Shown here: in pieces, positions 53,375-63,728 of the stretch
How positions within the stretch are numbered: the stretch's first letter is position 1
Layout of the letters: each line of letters begins with the position of its first letter
Assembly: GCA_009840135.1 (NCBI GenBank)
Contig: VXOH01000036.1
Location: 1,720 to 65,719 of the forward strand
From: Chloroflexota bacterium
Lineage (GTDB): Bacteria > Chloroflexota > Dehalococcoidia > Lucifugimonadales > UBA3495
Length of the DNA: 64,000 nucleotides
Reading direction: 5' to 3'
The notes under the pieces: generated by a model
What the model was told of the DNA's origin: nothing
Database searches by the model: none
Seen by the model: only the letters and a program-made list of their open reading frames with translations
Position numbers and translations under genes: made by a program

Positions 53375-54994
53375 GTGACTTCTGCCAACCTGACAGCAAA
53401 CCTACACCTGCTTACGCCGGAATTTGCCCTGGCGGCATTTGCCCTGGCGATTTTTGCCATTGACCTGTTCCTCCCCAACCAGCGCAAGGAACTATTGGGT
53501 TGGCTCTCGGCGCTGGGGCTGGTCGTCCTGGCTGTCGTGTCGGTGTTGATGCTGGCCGGCGAGAAGGAATCTCTCTACGACGGCCTGCTGGCGGTTGACC
53601 GTTTCTCCCTGTTCTTCAAGGTCTTTTTCATGGGAATAGGGGTATTCATAATCCTCAGTTCCATAGATTTCGTCCGGCAACACCTGGACCACCCCGGGGA
53701 ATTCTATGGACTCCTGCTGTTTTCCGTACTGGGCATGAACTTGATGGCCATGTCCAGGGAACTTCTGACCGCATACATTTCCCTGGAGTTGTTGAGTTTC
53801 AGCCTGTACGTAATGGTTGCCTATGCATTGGGCAATGCCAAGTCCAATGAGGGTAGCCTGAAATACATCATAATCGGCGCGCTTTCCTCGGCTATCTTGC
53901 TGTATGGGCTCAGCATGATTTACAGCACCCTGGGCGTCACAAAATTTGACGCCATCAGGATTGCATTGAGCGATCTGAATGGCGCGAGCCCGGCGCTGTG
54001 GGCCGGATTGGCGTTGCTAATTGCCGGATTGGGTTTCAAGCTGGCGGCTGTGCCCTTCCACATGTGGGCGCCGGATGCCTACGAGGGCGCGCCACTTCCC
54101 GTAACCGCCTATCTGGCCATTGCTTCCAAGGCGGCGGCTTTCGCGCTGGTGCTGCGGCTGGTGGCCGAGGCCTTCGTGCCGGTTACCGACCGATGGGACC
54201 AGTGGCAGGTGATAATTGTGATTCTGGCGGCCGTCTCCATGGTTGTGGGCAACCTGGTGGCCCTGGCCCAGAGCAACCTCAAGCGGCTGATGGCTTATTC
54301 CAGCATTGGACACGTCGGTTACATTCTGGCGGGAATCGCCGTGCTTGCGCCGGACTCCCTGCTTGGGGCAAACGGGGTAATCTTTTACCTGGTGGGGTAC
54401 TCCGTAACCAGCATGGTGGTGTTTGCCGCGCTGATAGCCTTCTTCAACGCCACGGGACAGGAGGAAATACCTGACCTGGCCGGCTTGGCCGACCGGCAGC
54501 CTTTCCTGGCTATGGCCGTTGCCGTGGGGCTGTTTTCGCTGAGCGGCCTTCCCATATTTGTAGGGTTTACCATCAAGTTTTACCTGTTCACCGCAGTGGC
54601 CAACGAAGGGTATCTGTGGCTGGCCGGGCTGGCCATCCTGACGAGCCTGATTTCCCTCTATTACTACCTGCAGGTAATCCGGCAAATGTACATCCAGCCT
54701 GCCCCGGCAGCAGCGTCCGAAGGTGCGGAAGATTCATCGGAAGGAGCCGCTGATTCTCCGTCCGACCACAGTCAGCCGAATGCGGATTCCACGCCGGAAT
54801 TTGACGATGAGCATACCCATACTCCCGCGCACCACGAGCCCGCGACCGATTTTGTGGCCCTGACCCGCCCCTCCGTTGCCCTTATTGCCGTGGTGTTTGT
54901 TGGGCTGGTGGCGACGGTGGCCCTGGGAGTTTATCCCGCTCCCCTCCTGGAACTGGTTGAGGGAGCGAGCGCGGCAATCCTGCCCGGAGGTTAG
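53375..54994 (+). CDS. nuoN: NADH-quinone oxidoreductase subunit N with a ~60-aa acidic/His-rich insertion before the last TM helix
   Basis: 539 aa. GFKLAAVPFHMWAPDAYEGAP and AYSSIGHVGY. Insertion AAASEGAEDSSEGAADSPSDHSQPNADSTPEFDDEHTHTPAHHE at about 54700-54850. Confidence 0.9.
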   Translation: MTSANLTANLHLLTPEFALAAFALAIFAIDLFLPNQRKELLGWLSALGLVVLAVVSVLMLAGEKESLYDGLLAVDRFSLFFKVFFMGIGVFIILSSIDFVRQHLDHPGEFYGLLLFSVLGMNLMAMSRELLTAYISLELLSFSLYVMVAYALGNAKSNEGSLKYIIIGALSSAILLYGLSMIYSTLGVTKFDAIRIALSDLNGASPALWAGLALLIAGLGFKLAAVPFHMWAPDAYEGAPLPVTAYLAIASKAAAFALVLRLVAEAFVPVTDRWDQWQVIIVILAAVSMVVGNLVALAQSNLKRLMAYSSIGHVGYILAGIAVLAPDSLLGANGVIFYLVGYSVTSMVVFAALIAFFNATGQEEIPDLAGLADRQPFLAMAVAVGLFSLSGLPIFVGFTIKFYLFTAVANEGYLWLAGLAILTSLISLYYYLQVIRQMYIQPAPAAASEGAEDSSEGAADSPSDHSQPNADSTPEFDDEHTHTPAHHEPATDFVALTRPSVALIAVVFVGLVATVALGVYPAPLLELVEGASAAILPGG

Positions 54995-55004
54995 CTACTA
55001 GCCC

Positions 55005-55490
55005 ATGGACCCGGAAACACGACATCAGAAACTGCGGGCCTACGAGCAGGCCTTCGAGCAACTTGTAGCGGGACTGAAGGAATTTCCCAGGGAAATGTGG
55101 GAGTTCCGGGATGAACACGGATGCTGGAGCATTCATGAGCACCTGGTCCATATTTCCGACAGCGAGGCCAACAGCTACATACGGTGCCGGCGGCTGATCG
55201 CCGAACCCGGCCAGGATTTGATGGCCTATGACGAGAACCGTTGGGGCCGGGAGCTGGATTACCACTCCATAGGAACTGAGGGATCCCTGGAGTTGTTCCG
55301 GGTTTTACGGCAACAGACGGTTGAATTGCTGAGCAACCTGCCCGAGGAAGCGTGGTCCAATACTTGCTACCACCCTGAAAACGGCGATATGACCCTGGAC
55401 GACTGGCTGGACGTATACGCCAGGCACGTCGAAGAGCACCTGGAGTATATGAGCGAAAACCACAGGGCATGGTTGGCCGCCAACCCTTAG
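55005..55490 (+). CDS. DinB-family (four-helix-bundle metalloenzyme-like) protein
   Basis: 161 aa. WSIHEHLVHISDSE...Y.R and DWLDVYARHVEEH. Confidence 0.7.
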   Translation: MDPETRHQKLRAYEQAFEQLVAGLKEFPREMWEFRDEHGCWSIHEHLVHISDSEANSYIRCRRLIAEPGQDLMAYDENRWGRELDYHSIGTEGSLELFRVLRQQTVELLSNLPEEAWSNTCYHPENGDMTLDDWLDVYARHVEEHLEYMSENHRAWLAANP

Positions 55491-55529
55491 TCTTGTTCCC
55501 TGCGAGGGACGTAAAGAGTAAGAGAAATT

Positions 55530-56009
55530 ATGATAATTTCCGTAATCGGCAGCAGTACCGCCAAGCCCGAACACGCCGCTCTTGCCGAGGAGGTTGGCCG
55601 AGAATTGGCGCGCAGGGGCATTACCCTGGCCTGCGGCGGCATGACCGGGGTTATGGAGGCAGCCTGCCGTGGCTCCAAGGCCGAGGGAGGCACCACCATA
55701 GGCATTCTTCCGGGGCGCCGGGGGTCTCCCTTCAATTCCTACGTTGATATCCCCATATTTACCACCCTGGGCTATGCCCGGAACATTATCGTGGTACATT
55801 CGGGGGAAGCCTGTATAGCCATTGGTGGGGCATTTGGAACCCTCTCGGAGATCGCATACGCCCTTGATGCCAAGATTCCGGTGGTAGGGTTGAGCAGCTG
55901 GCCATTGACCATTAAAGGCGACGGAGACCCGATAGTGGATGGAGTGATACCCGCTTCAAGTCCGGTGGATGCCGTGGAAAAGGCCGTCGCTGCCGCGAAG
56001 GGTGTCTAA
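55530..56009 (+). CDS. TIGR00725-family (LOG/DprA-like Rossmann) protein
   Basis: 159 aa. ISVIGSS, LACGGMTGVMEAACRG and GGAFGTLSEIAYAL. Confidence 0.7.
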   Translation: MIISVIGSSTAKPEHAALAEEVGRELARRGITLACGGMTGVMEAACRGSKAEGGTTIGILPGRRGSPFNSYVDIPIFTTLGYARNIIVVHSGEACIAIGGAFGTLSEIAYALDAKIPVVGLSSWPLTIKGDGDPIVDGVIPASSPVDAVEKAVAAAKGV

Positions 56010-56266
56010 AACCTGTTTCAAGAATCCGGCTGTGAAGAATTCTCTTGCGGAAGGGGCATGAATCTTTCCGGATTCACCCGCACCCTTGCCTTCCCCCATC
56101 CAGGGGGATGAAAATTGAAAAGACTTCCAATTCAATATCCCTGCCGTTAAGCACCCTGCCGGGCCATGATTCCATAAGAGTTGCGGCCCCATGACGGTGG
56201 TGAGCCTGATTCAAGGCAGGAAAGTACCCTTTTGTTCCCACCCGATACTCAAAGAGAGAAATATCT

Positions 56267-57589
56267 ATGTCCTCGCATGAAACCAACGCCGCCATAACCA
56301 GCGTCATAGCCCGTGAGGTGCTGGACTCCCGGGGAAACCCCACGGTGGAAGCCGAAGTGCGCCTCTCGACAGGGGTAAAGGCTCATGCGGCGGTACCTTC
56401 AGGGGCGAGCACGGGCAGTTACGAAGCCCTTGAACTGCGTGACGGTGACAAATCCAGATTCGGCGGCGCCGGAGTACGCCAGGCCGTCGCCAATGTGAAC
56501 GAAATCATTGGGCCGGATTTGGTAGGGAGATCGCCTGTTGATCAGTCCTCTATTGACCAGGCCATGCTCGACCTGGATGGCACCCCCACCAAGAGCAGGG
56601 TTGGGGCAAACGCAATACTGGCCGTCTCCATGGCCGTGGCCAAGGCAGGGGCCCTGGCTTCTCCCGACACCGAAGGCGAGCTGTGGAGATTCCTAGCGGG
56701 TGGAAGCAAGGTCAGTCTTCCGGCGCCCATGTTCAACATCCTTAATGGCGGCCGCCACGCATCAAACTCGGCTGACATCCAGGAGTTCATGGTCTCGCCG
56801 GCCGGGGTTCCGACTTTTTCGGAAGCTGTCCGAGCCGGTGCGGAAATATATCAGTCTCTTAAGAGCATCCTGCGGGAAGGGGGGCACAATCTGAACGTGG
56901 GCGATGAGGGTGGCTTTGCTCCCTCCCTGGCCTCCAACATGGATGCCATAGAAGTTGTGCTGCGCGCCGTTGAGGCCGCCGGTTATGCACCGGGCCGGGA
57001 TGTTTTTCTTACGCTGGACGTGGCGGCCTCAGAGTTATACGACAGGCACAGCGGCAATTACGTCCTTGAGCGGGACGGGACTTCGTTGGATTCGGGACAG
57101 ATGGTTGACCTTTACGCCGAGTGGAAACAGGCCTACCCCATAGTCAGCATAGAGGATGGGCTGGACGAAGACGACTGGGAAGGCTGGGCGGAGCTGACGC
57201 GCCGCCTTGGTTCTACGGTCCAGCTGGTCGGTGATGACCTGTTCGTAACAAACATTTCCCGCATTCAACGGGGCATGGACCACGTTGCCGGAAACTCGGT
57301 ATTGCTAAAACCCAACCAGATTGGTACGCTTACTGAAACCCTCCAGGCTTTGCAGATGACACGGGAGGCCAACTGGGGCGCAGTCATGAGCCACCGTTCC
57401 GGCGAGACTGAGGACACGACCATTGCCGATCTGGCAGTGGCTTGGGACGTGGGCCAAATAAAGACGGGCGCTCCGGCCAGGTCTGAACGCGTAGCCAAGT
57501 ACAACCGTTTGCTTCGTATAGAAGCGGAACTTGGAGCGGAGGCCGTTTATGCCGGAAACAGAGCCTACGCCGGTTACGGAGCCCTCTAA
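56267..57589 (+). CDS. eno: Enolase
   Basis: 440 aa. [41 protein letters not shown] and [10 protein letters not shown]. Confidence 0.97.
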   Translation: MSSHETNAAITSVIAREVLDSRGNPTVEAEVRLSTGVKAHAAVPSGASTGSYEALELRDGDKSRFGGAGVRQAVANVNEIIGPDLVGRSPVDQSSIDQAMLDLDGTPTKSRVGANAILAVSMAVAKAGALASPDTEGELWRFLAGGSKVSLPAPMFNILNGGRHASNSADIQEFMVSPAGVPTFSEAVRAGAEIYQSLKSILREGGHNLNVGDEGGFAPSLASNMDAIEVVLRAVEAAGYAPGRDVFLTLDVAASELYDRHSGNYVLERDGTSLDSGQMVDLYAEWKQAYPIVSIEDGLDEDDWEGWAELTRRLGSTVQLVGDDLFVTNISRIQRGMDHVAGNSVLLKPNQIGTLTETLQALQMTREANWGAVMSHRSGETEDTTIADLAVAWDVGQIKTGAPARSERVAKYNRLLRIEAELGAEAVYAGNRAYAGYGAL

Positions 57590-57785
57590 TTCCTACGTCG
57601 CCTGGCGAATATCTCGATATCTGGCTATCCAGGGAATCAAAGGCCTGGTGCGCGTCTCCTGGTGGCTGATAGTTCAGATGTGGCGGGTGATAGTCGGCTT
57701 GGGACGCGTGATGTCCTCACCCACTCCCCACTACGTTAACCGCGCCAGAATGAGCATGTACGGCTGGTTTCTGTGGCGGCGCTAA
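57549..57785 (+). CDS. Possible small single-TM protein overlapping the enolase 3' end (uncertain)
   Basis: 78 aa from ATG 57549, with a Trp/Arg-rich hydrophobic stretch [19 protein letters not shown]. No SD and no recognisable family. The position after eno is where some bacteria carry a small septation gene, but there is no coiled coil here. Confidence 0.25.
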   Translation: MPETEPTPVTEPSNSYVAWRISRYLAIQGIKGLVRVSWWLIVQMWRVIVGLGRVMSSPTPHYVNRARMSMYGWFLWRR

Positions 57786-57908
57786 GATAATTGGCATTTT
57801 AAAGATCGGCGTTATTGGATGGGCAGCCTGGCTTGATTAGAGGGGCTGTTTTGATTTTTTCCTAGCCATGGCAAGAGAACCGGTAATTGAAGGTTGGAGT
57901 GACAAACA

Positions 57909-58922
57909 ATGACAACGCGCGTTGGAATAAACGGATTCGGAAGAATAGGCCGGCTCGTAACCCGGGCCACCATGGAGCGTTACCCCGACAAGATCGAAGT
58001 AGCTGCGGTGAACGACCTCACAGACGACAAGACCAACGCCCACCTGTTCAAGTACGATACCAGCTATGGGGTTTACGACGGTCAGGTCGAAGCCAGCAAC
58101 GGCGACCTTGTGATTGACGGCCGGAACATCAAAGTGTTCTCCGAGCGTGATCCGTCCAACATTCCCTGGTCAGAGATGGGTGTTGACCTGGTGGTGGAGT
58201 CAACCGGAATCTTTACGGACGGGCAGCAGGCAGCCGGTCATCTGCAAGGAGGCGCCAGCAAGGTCATAATTTCCGCCCCGGCCAGCAACGTGGATCTGAC
58301 CATGGTGCTGGGGGTAAACGACGACCAGTACGACAAGGAAAAGCACAACATAGTCTCCAACGCTTCCTGCACTACCAACTGTTTCGCGCCCATGGTCAAG
58401 GTGCTTCACGAGGCCTTTGGCATTGAGCACGGCTTGATGTCCACCATTCACTCTTATACCAACGACCAGGCCATCCTCGACCAGCGTCACTCCGACCTGC
58501 GGCGGGCAAGAGCCGCGGCCATGAACATAATTCCCACCAGCACCGGCGCGGCTCGAGCGGTGGGACTGGTGCTGCCTGAACTCAACGGCAAGTTGCACGG
58601 CATTGCATTCCGCGTTCCGACGGCTACCGGTTCAGTGACCGACTTCGTGGTGGACCTGGGCCGAGGGGTAACTGTTGACGAGGTAAACGAGGCGTTCAAG
58701 GCTGCCGCCCAGGGTTCACTCAGGGGTATTCTGGAGTACACTGAGGATCCCATCGTCAGCAGCGACGTGCGTGGCAATCCCCACAGTTGCATATTTGATG
58801 CCCTTTCGACCATTGTCATGCAGGACAATATGGTCAAGATAATGGGCTGGTACGACAACGAGTGGGGTTATTCCTGCCGAACCGCCGACCTCTGCTCGTT
58901 CATGAGCGACCAGGGAATCTAG
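57909..58922 (+). CDS. gap: Glyceraldehyde-3-phosphate dehydrogenase, type I
   Basis: 337 aa. [19 protein letters not shown] and WYDNEWGYS. Confidence 0.97.
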   Translation: MTTRVGINGFGRIGRLVTRATMERYPDKIEVAAVNDLTDDKTNAHLFKYDTSYGVYDGQVEASNGDLVIDGRNIKVFSERDPSNIPWSEMGVDLVVESTGIFTDGQQAAGHLQGGASKVIISAPASNVDLTMVLGVNDDQYDKEKHNIVSNASCTTNCFAPMVKVLHEAFGIEHGLMSTIHSYTNDQAILDQRHSDLRRARAAAMNIIPTSTGAARAVGLVLPELNGKLHGIAFRVPTATGSVTDFVVDLGRGVTVDEVNEAFKAAAQGSLRGILEYTEDPIVSSDVRGNPHSCIFDALSTIVMQDNMVKIMGWYDNEWGYSCRTADLCSFMSDQGI

Positions 58923-58961
58923 CCCTGGCGCTGTCCCCCTTCACAATTTGAACTGCCAGAT

Positions 58962-58999
58962 GGGGAGGAACGTTATACTTATGGATTTCGTTCCTCCCC
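58962..58999 (+). terminator. Stem-loop terminator candidate after gap
   Basis: GGGGAGGAACG (58962-58972) pairs with CGTTCCTCCCC (58989-58999), with a 16-nt loop. No clean T-tract. Confidence 0.45.
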
Positions 59000-59060
59000 A
59001 GTCGATTCTTTGGCAGTACAGATCAGATTTCAAATCCGCTATTAGTTCCCGTGCCGCGTT

Positions 59061-62000
59061 ATGCCGAACGACCGGAGGAAGGCGTTGCGCCTGCTGACCT
59101 TCCTTACCTCCAGGCGAATTGCGAAAGAACATCTGCTTCTGGTCCTAATTGTCGTTGTTGCCCTCGCCCTGAGGCTCAACGGCCTTAACTGGGATTCCGG
59201 ATACGGGTTCCATCCGGACGAACGCTCCCTGTACATGCGCGCCGGATGCATGTATGACCTGCTGACGGAGAGTCCTGGCTACGAAAACTGCCTGGGTGAA
59301 CATCCTCAGATAGAGCCTGGTATCCCTGGAATACGCACTTTCCTGGACTTTGACCGCAGCCCTCTGAACCCCCACTGGTTCCCTCTTGGCAGCGCATTGA
59401 TTTACATCTTGGTGCTGACCCGTTCCGTCATCGAGGCATGCACCGACATCGGCGCCCTGGACATGCGGTACGTGGGAAGGACGCTTTCGGCTCTGGCAGA
59501 CGTCGGGACGGTTGTTCTCGTATATGTCCTGGGCCGGCGAGTTTACCGGGACCGTTACGGACCCTGGGTCGGTGTAATGGCTGCCGCGCTGACGGCATTT
59601 GCGGTCATCCACGTGCAGCACAGCCACTTCTATCGCCCGGAAACCTTTACAGCCTTGCTGGTGCTGGCTGTTTTCTGGGCTATACTGCGGCTGCTGGAGA
59701 AACGCAGGCTGGGGGATTCTGTGCTTCTGGGGCTGCTGGTCGGTCTGGCCTTTGCGCCCAAGGTAAGCATTTTGTCCCTGGCCCTCCCCCTGGCCCTGAC
59801 CTACTACCTTCGCCTGGTCGACTCGGGAAGTGGAAAGCTCACGGGATTGCCCAGGGGTGCACTGGAGCAGACCTTTCTCCACTGTCTCGCTGCTTTGGCG
59901 GTGGCCCTGGCGGTATTTTTTCTATCCTCGCCCTATGCCCTGCTTAACATCTCCAACTTTCTTGGCGAACAGGCGGCCCAGGCGGAGATGGCCGGTACCG
60001 CCGGCCTGTGGCCCTTCACGATTCAGTACGTCGGTACGCCGGCTTTCCTCTATCAGTTCAAGCAGACCGCCGTCTGGGGGCTGGGTCCGCCGCTGGGTAT
60101 CGTCGCCTGGGCCGCAATACCCTTTACGGTGTTTTTGCTATGGCGGGGCAGCTCTGCGTGGCGAGGCGACCTCCTGATTCTGGCCTGGCTTATACCGAGC
60201 ATCATTTTCCTGGAGACCTTTGAGGTACGGTTTCAGCGGTATTATTTCGCGCTTATTCCCTTCATGATCTTGCTTGGAAGCCGGATGCTGCTTTGGGCCC
60301 CCTTTCTTCTGAGGGCATGGGACATTGGCGGAACCAAGGTTGAACAGATCCGGACCGACCGGAAGGGCCCGCCCGGCGCCGAAAGAGTTCGCCAATTCTG
60401 GTTGCATTTCGTTGGGCACCCTGCGACGCGGTTATCCGGTCTATGGGCAGCATGGAGCCTGGTGTTTCTCGTCCTGGCAGCCACCGTACTCCTTTCCCTG
60501 GCGTTTCAAAGGATATATTCCTCCCCTCATTCTGCGGTAGCCGCTTCCAGTTGGTTGAATCAAACGGTACCTCCTGGCACCAGGATTATCAGTGATAACC
60601 ACTGGGACGAGTTCATCCCTGAGCTGCATGGCTACCGGGTGTGGCAGTTCCCCGCCTACGAACCTGACAGTGTAGGCAAGATGGCTGAGTTGGGCCAGCG
60701 GCTTTCGGATTCGGATTACCTGGTCTTCTATAGTCACAGGCCCTATGTCAGTGTGGCCAGCGACCCTGAGCGTTTTCCATTGAGCGGCGAATACTATCGC
60801 CGGCTGTTCGCCGGGGACCTGGGGTATGTGCTGGAACGAGAGTTTGCTTCCAGTCCGGGCTTGCTGGGAATAGAGATAAGGGATGACCCCTTTGCGCGAA
60901 CCACCTTCAGACGGCCTGTACCCGAATCCTTCGCTGACTCGAATGGCGTTGTCCTGGATTGGGGCTATGCCGACGACAACGTGGTGGGCTATGACCACCC
61001 GACTGTGCTGATTTTCCGCAACCACGAGAACCTCCCTCCACAAAAAATTATCGGCCTGTTGCTGCATGAAACGGGTGAAGGGCCCGCCGGCCTCAAGTTC
61101 TCCGACGAGGAGAGGGCCATTCAGCAGGCCGGCGGCACCTGGACCGAGATGTTTGACCGGGAAGGACTTGCCAATCAGGTCCCTGTGTTGGCGTGGTTAC
61201 TGGTGGTTGAGCTGATTTACCTGGCCGCGCTTCCCTTCTGCCTGTTCTTGTTCAGGCCCCTGGCGGACCGTGGTCTGGCGTTGGCGCGTGTTGTGGGTTT
61301 GTCAGGGGCCGCTTATGTGACGTGGTTGGTGGTCAGCCTGGGCTGGATGGAATTCTCCGGGTTATCGCTTTGGCTGGGTGCGCTTGTCATGGGCGCTATT
61401 TCCGGCCTGGCGCTGGCGACCCACTTTAAGCAGATGGTGGACTTCTTCAAGCAGAAGTGGCGGCTGTTCCTCACTGTAGAGGCTATCTTCCTGGTGGCCT
61501 TCCTGGCATTTGTTGCCATCAGGGCCATGAACCCTGACCTGTGGCATCCCTATCGGGGTGGGGAGAAGCCCATGGAGTTGGCCTATTTCAATGCCGTTCT
61601 GCGCTCCACGCTGATGCCTCCCTATGATCCCTGGTTCGCGGGTGGCTATCTGAACTACTACTATTGGGGTTACTTTATCCTGGCAGTCCCGGTGCGGCTG
61701 TCGGGAGTCATTCCCACCACGGCATTCAACCTGGCGGTCCCTCTACTTTTTGCCATGACGGTAACCGGGGCTTTCTCGGTCGTGTATAACCTGGCGGCAG
61801 GAGTTCGAAATTCTCAGAGGCATGTGAGGATGGGTGAACCGGCTGCGGTTGGGCGGCCGCCGGAAACAGAAAAGGAAACCCTTCCCGATCCGGGGGCCAG
61901 AAAGGGCAATACCGGATTCGAAGTCGCTATCAAGAGTCCCATAGCGGCGGGGTTGACCGGCGCCCTTTTCGTGGCGGTGATTGGGAACCTGGATGGGGCT

Positions 62001-63722
62001 ATTCAGCTGGCCCAGCGATTTTGGGATAGGTTAGGCGGCGGCGCAGTCTCACTGTTGCCCCTGGACTTCTGGCGTAGCAGCAGGATGCTGCCCACCCTGG
62101 AAAATGTCGAAGCGGGGTTCCTCACTTTCTGGCTGTGGGGGAAAACCGACGGCCCACCAGACGTATCCTGGCACATTACCGAATTTCCTTTTTTCAGCTT
62201 TCTCTTTGCAGACCTGCATGCCCACATGATGGCTATACCCATAACAGTCCTGGTGATTGCGCTGGGGTTGAACCTGTTGCTGGGTCTCAGAAGGCAAGGA
62301 TTCTTATGGGACATTGCCTCGTTGCTTACGGCAGGGATCGCGGTAGGCTCACTCTGGGCCATAAACAGCTGGGATTATCCGTCCTTGCTGCTGCTTCTGT
62401 TTGCTCTGGTCTCCCTGGCCGCCGGTCTTGCGTGGCAGCGAAATAAGGACAGATTGGCTGCTGCCCTGGCCCTTTCAATTGGACTGGCGGTGGTCAGCAT
62501 TCTGTCGTTCCTGCCCTTCCACCTGGCAGTGGAAACCTTTGATACCGGTTTGGAGGTATCCAAGTGGAAGACCCCGCTGGTCAATTTTCTGGGCATTCAT
62601 GGCTTGTTCCTGGTTATTGTTGGGGCGTTCCTCCTGTGGCAGGCACGCCGGCCTCTCGCCGTAGTGGCCGGAAGAAACCCGGGGCTCGGTTACTCTGTTA
62701 AACCCTTTCAGACTGAATATCTGCTCCAGGGCTACCAAGGTTGGCTGCGGTGCATTGCCTTAGCTGGAATGGTCTTGTTTGCCTTTTTTGCGCTGGCCGG
62801 CTACTGGACGGTGGCAGTGCTGTTGGTTTTCCTGGTACTTTCCGGCCTGGTTGTGTGGGACGGGCTGATGTCCGGAGAACGGGGGAAGAAATATAACCTG
62901 TTCGCCCTGGTGCTGACCATGTTGGGCCTGGGGCTGGCAATTGGCGTGGACCTTGTAAGGGTGGAGGGCGACATAGGCCGCATGAACACCCTTTTCAAAT
63001 ATTATCTGGAGGTTTGGATTCTGTTGGCCCTGGCTGCCGCGTTCTTCCTTTGGCGCATGGGGTACGACAATTGGCTCGGAACAACCCGTTTCCGCTGGCT
63101 GAATATTACGTGGCTGGCGGTCGTGGCCATGTTGGTCGGGTGCAGCCTGGTGTACACCATCCTGGGGACGCATGCCCGTGTGGGTGACCGGTTCCAGGCC
63201 CTCCGCCCAACTCTTGATGGCGTTGCCTACATGGAGCATGCCGTACATTGGGAAAAGGAGCAGGTTATCGAGCTGAAATGGGATGCTGAAGCGATAAGGT
63301 GGCTGCAGGACAACGTTAAGGGATCCCCGGTAATTCTGGAGGCGCATACCGAGCAGTACCGGTGGGGAGGCCGCATGGCTAACTACACGGGCCTGCCGAC
63401 GGTCCTCGGCTGGCCTTGGCACCAGATTCAGCAGCGCGGCCCTTATTCTGGGGAAGTTCGTGACCGCGCCGAGGATATTCGGACTATGTACGATACGGAA
63501 GATGTGGCGCTGTTGGTTGAGCTGATGGCCAAGTACGAAGTGAAGTATGTAGCGGTGGGAGAGCTTGAAAGAATACTCTATTCACCTGAGAAGTTGGGCA
63601 AGTTTGATATAATGGCCCAGAACGGGACCCTGGGGAAGGCCTTTGACAATGGCCGCACGGCAATTTACAAGCTACGTGGGCCTTCGAGTTTGAATCGGCG
63701 AGGAATCGAGGAGGGCGGGTAA
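59061..63722 (+). CDS. Fusion protein: N-terminal GT-C (ArnT/PMT_2-like) glycosyltransferase-like domain plus C-terminal YYY (DUF2298) domain
   Basis: 1553 aa, highly polytopic. N-terminal LRLNGLNWDSGYGFHPDERS. From about residue 700 it is collinear with the 822-aa YYY protein (GGEKPMELAYFNAV, GGYLNYYYWGY, ITEFPFFSFLFADLHAHM, C-terminal TLDGVAYM...LGWPWHQ). Confidence 0.8.
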   Translation: MPNDRRKALRLLTFLTSRRIAKEHLLLVLIVVVALALRLNGLNWDSGYGFHPDERSLYMRAGCMYDLLTESPGYENCLGEHPQIEPGIPGIRTFLDFDRSPLNPHWFPLGSALIYILVLTRSVIEACTDIGALDMRYVGRTLSALADVGTVVLVYVLGRRVYRDRYGPWVGVMAAALTAFAVIHVQHSHFYRPETFTALLVLAVFWAILRLLEKRRLGDSVLLGLLVGLAFAPKVSILSLALPLALTYYLRLVDSGSGKLTGLPRGALEQTFLHCLAALAVALAVFFLSSPYALLNISNFLGEQAAQAEMAGTAGLWPFTIQYVGTPAFLYQFKQTAVWGLGPPLGIVAWAAIPFTVFLLWRGSSAWRGDLLILAWLIPSIIFLETFEVRFQRYYFALIPFMILLGSRMLLWAPFLLRAWDIGGTKVEQIRTDRKGPPGAERVRQFWLHFVGHPATRLSGLWAAWSLVFLVLAATVLLSLAFQRIYSSPHSAVAASSWLNQTVPPGTRIISDNHWDEFIPELHGYRVWQFPAYEPDSVGKMAELGQRLSDSDYLVFYSHRPYVSVASDPERFPLSGEYYRRLFAGDLGYVLEREFASSPGLLGIEIRDDPFARTTFRRPVPESFADSNGVVLDWGYADDNVVGYDHPTVLIFRNHENLPPQKIIGLLLHETGEGPAGLKFSDEERAIQQAGGTWTEMFDREGLANQVPVLAWLLVVELIYLAALPFCLFLFRPLADRGLALARVVGLSGAAYVTWLVVSLGWMEFSGLSLWLGALVMGAISGLALATHFKQMVDFFKQKWRLFLTVEAIFLVAFLAFVAIRAMNPDLWHPYRGGEKPMELAYFNAVLRSTLMPPYDPWFAGGYLNYYYWGYFILAVPVRLSGVIPTTAFNLAVPLLFAMTVTGAFSVVYNLAAGVRNSQRHVRMGEPAAVGRPPETEKETLPDPGARKGNTGFEVAIKSPIAAGLTGALFVAVIGNLDGAIQLAQRFWDRLGGGAVSLLPLDFWRSSRMLPTLENVEAGFLTFWLWGKTDGPPDVSWHITEFPFFSFLFADLHAHMMAIPITVLVIALGLNLLLGLRRQGFLWDIASLLTAGIAVGSLWAINSWDYPSLLLLLFALVSLAAGLAWQRNKDRLAAALALSIGLAVVSILSFLPFHLAVETFDTGLEVSKWKTPLVNFLGIHGLFLVIVGAFLLWQARRPLAVVAGRNPGLGYSVKPFQTEYLLQGYQGWLRCIALAGMVLFAFFALAGYWTVAVLLVFLVLSGLVVWDGLMSGERGKKYNLFALVLTMLGLGLAIGVDLVRVEGDIGRMNTLFKYYLEVWILLALAAAFFLWRMGYDNWLGTTRFRWLNITWLAVVAMLVGCSLVYTILGTHARVGDRFQALRPTLDGVAYMEHAVHWEKEQVIELKWDAEAIRWLQDNVKGSPVILEAHTEQYRWGGRMANYTGLPTVLGWPWHQIQQRGPYSGEVRDRAEDIRTMYDTEDVALLVELMAKYEVKYVAVGELERILYSPEKLGKFDIMAQNGTLGKAFDNGRTAIYKLRGPSSLNRRGIEEGG

Positions 63723-63728
63723 AGCAGG

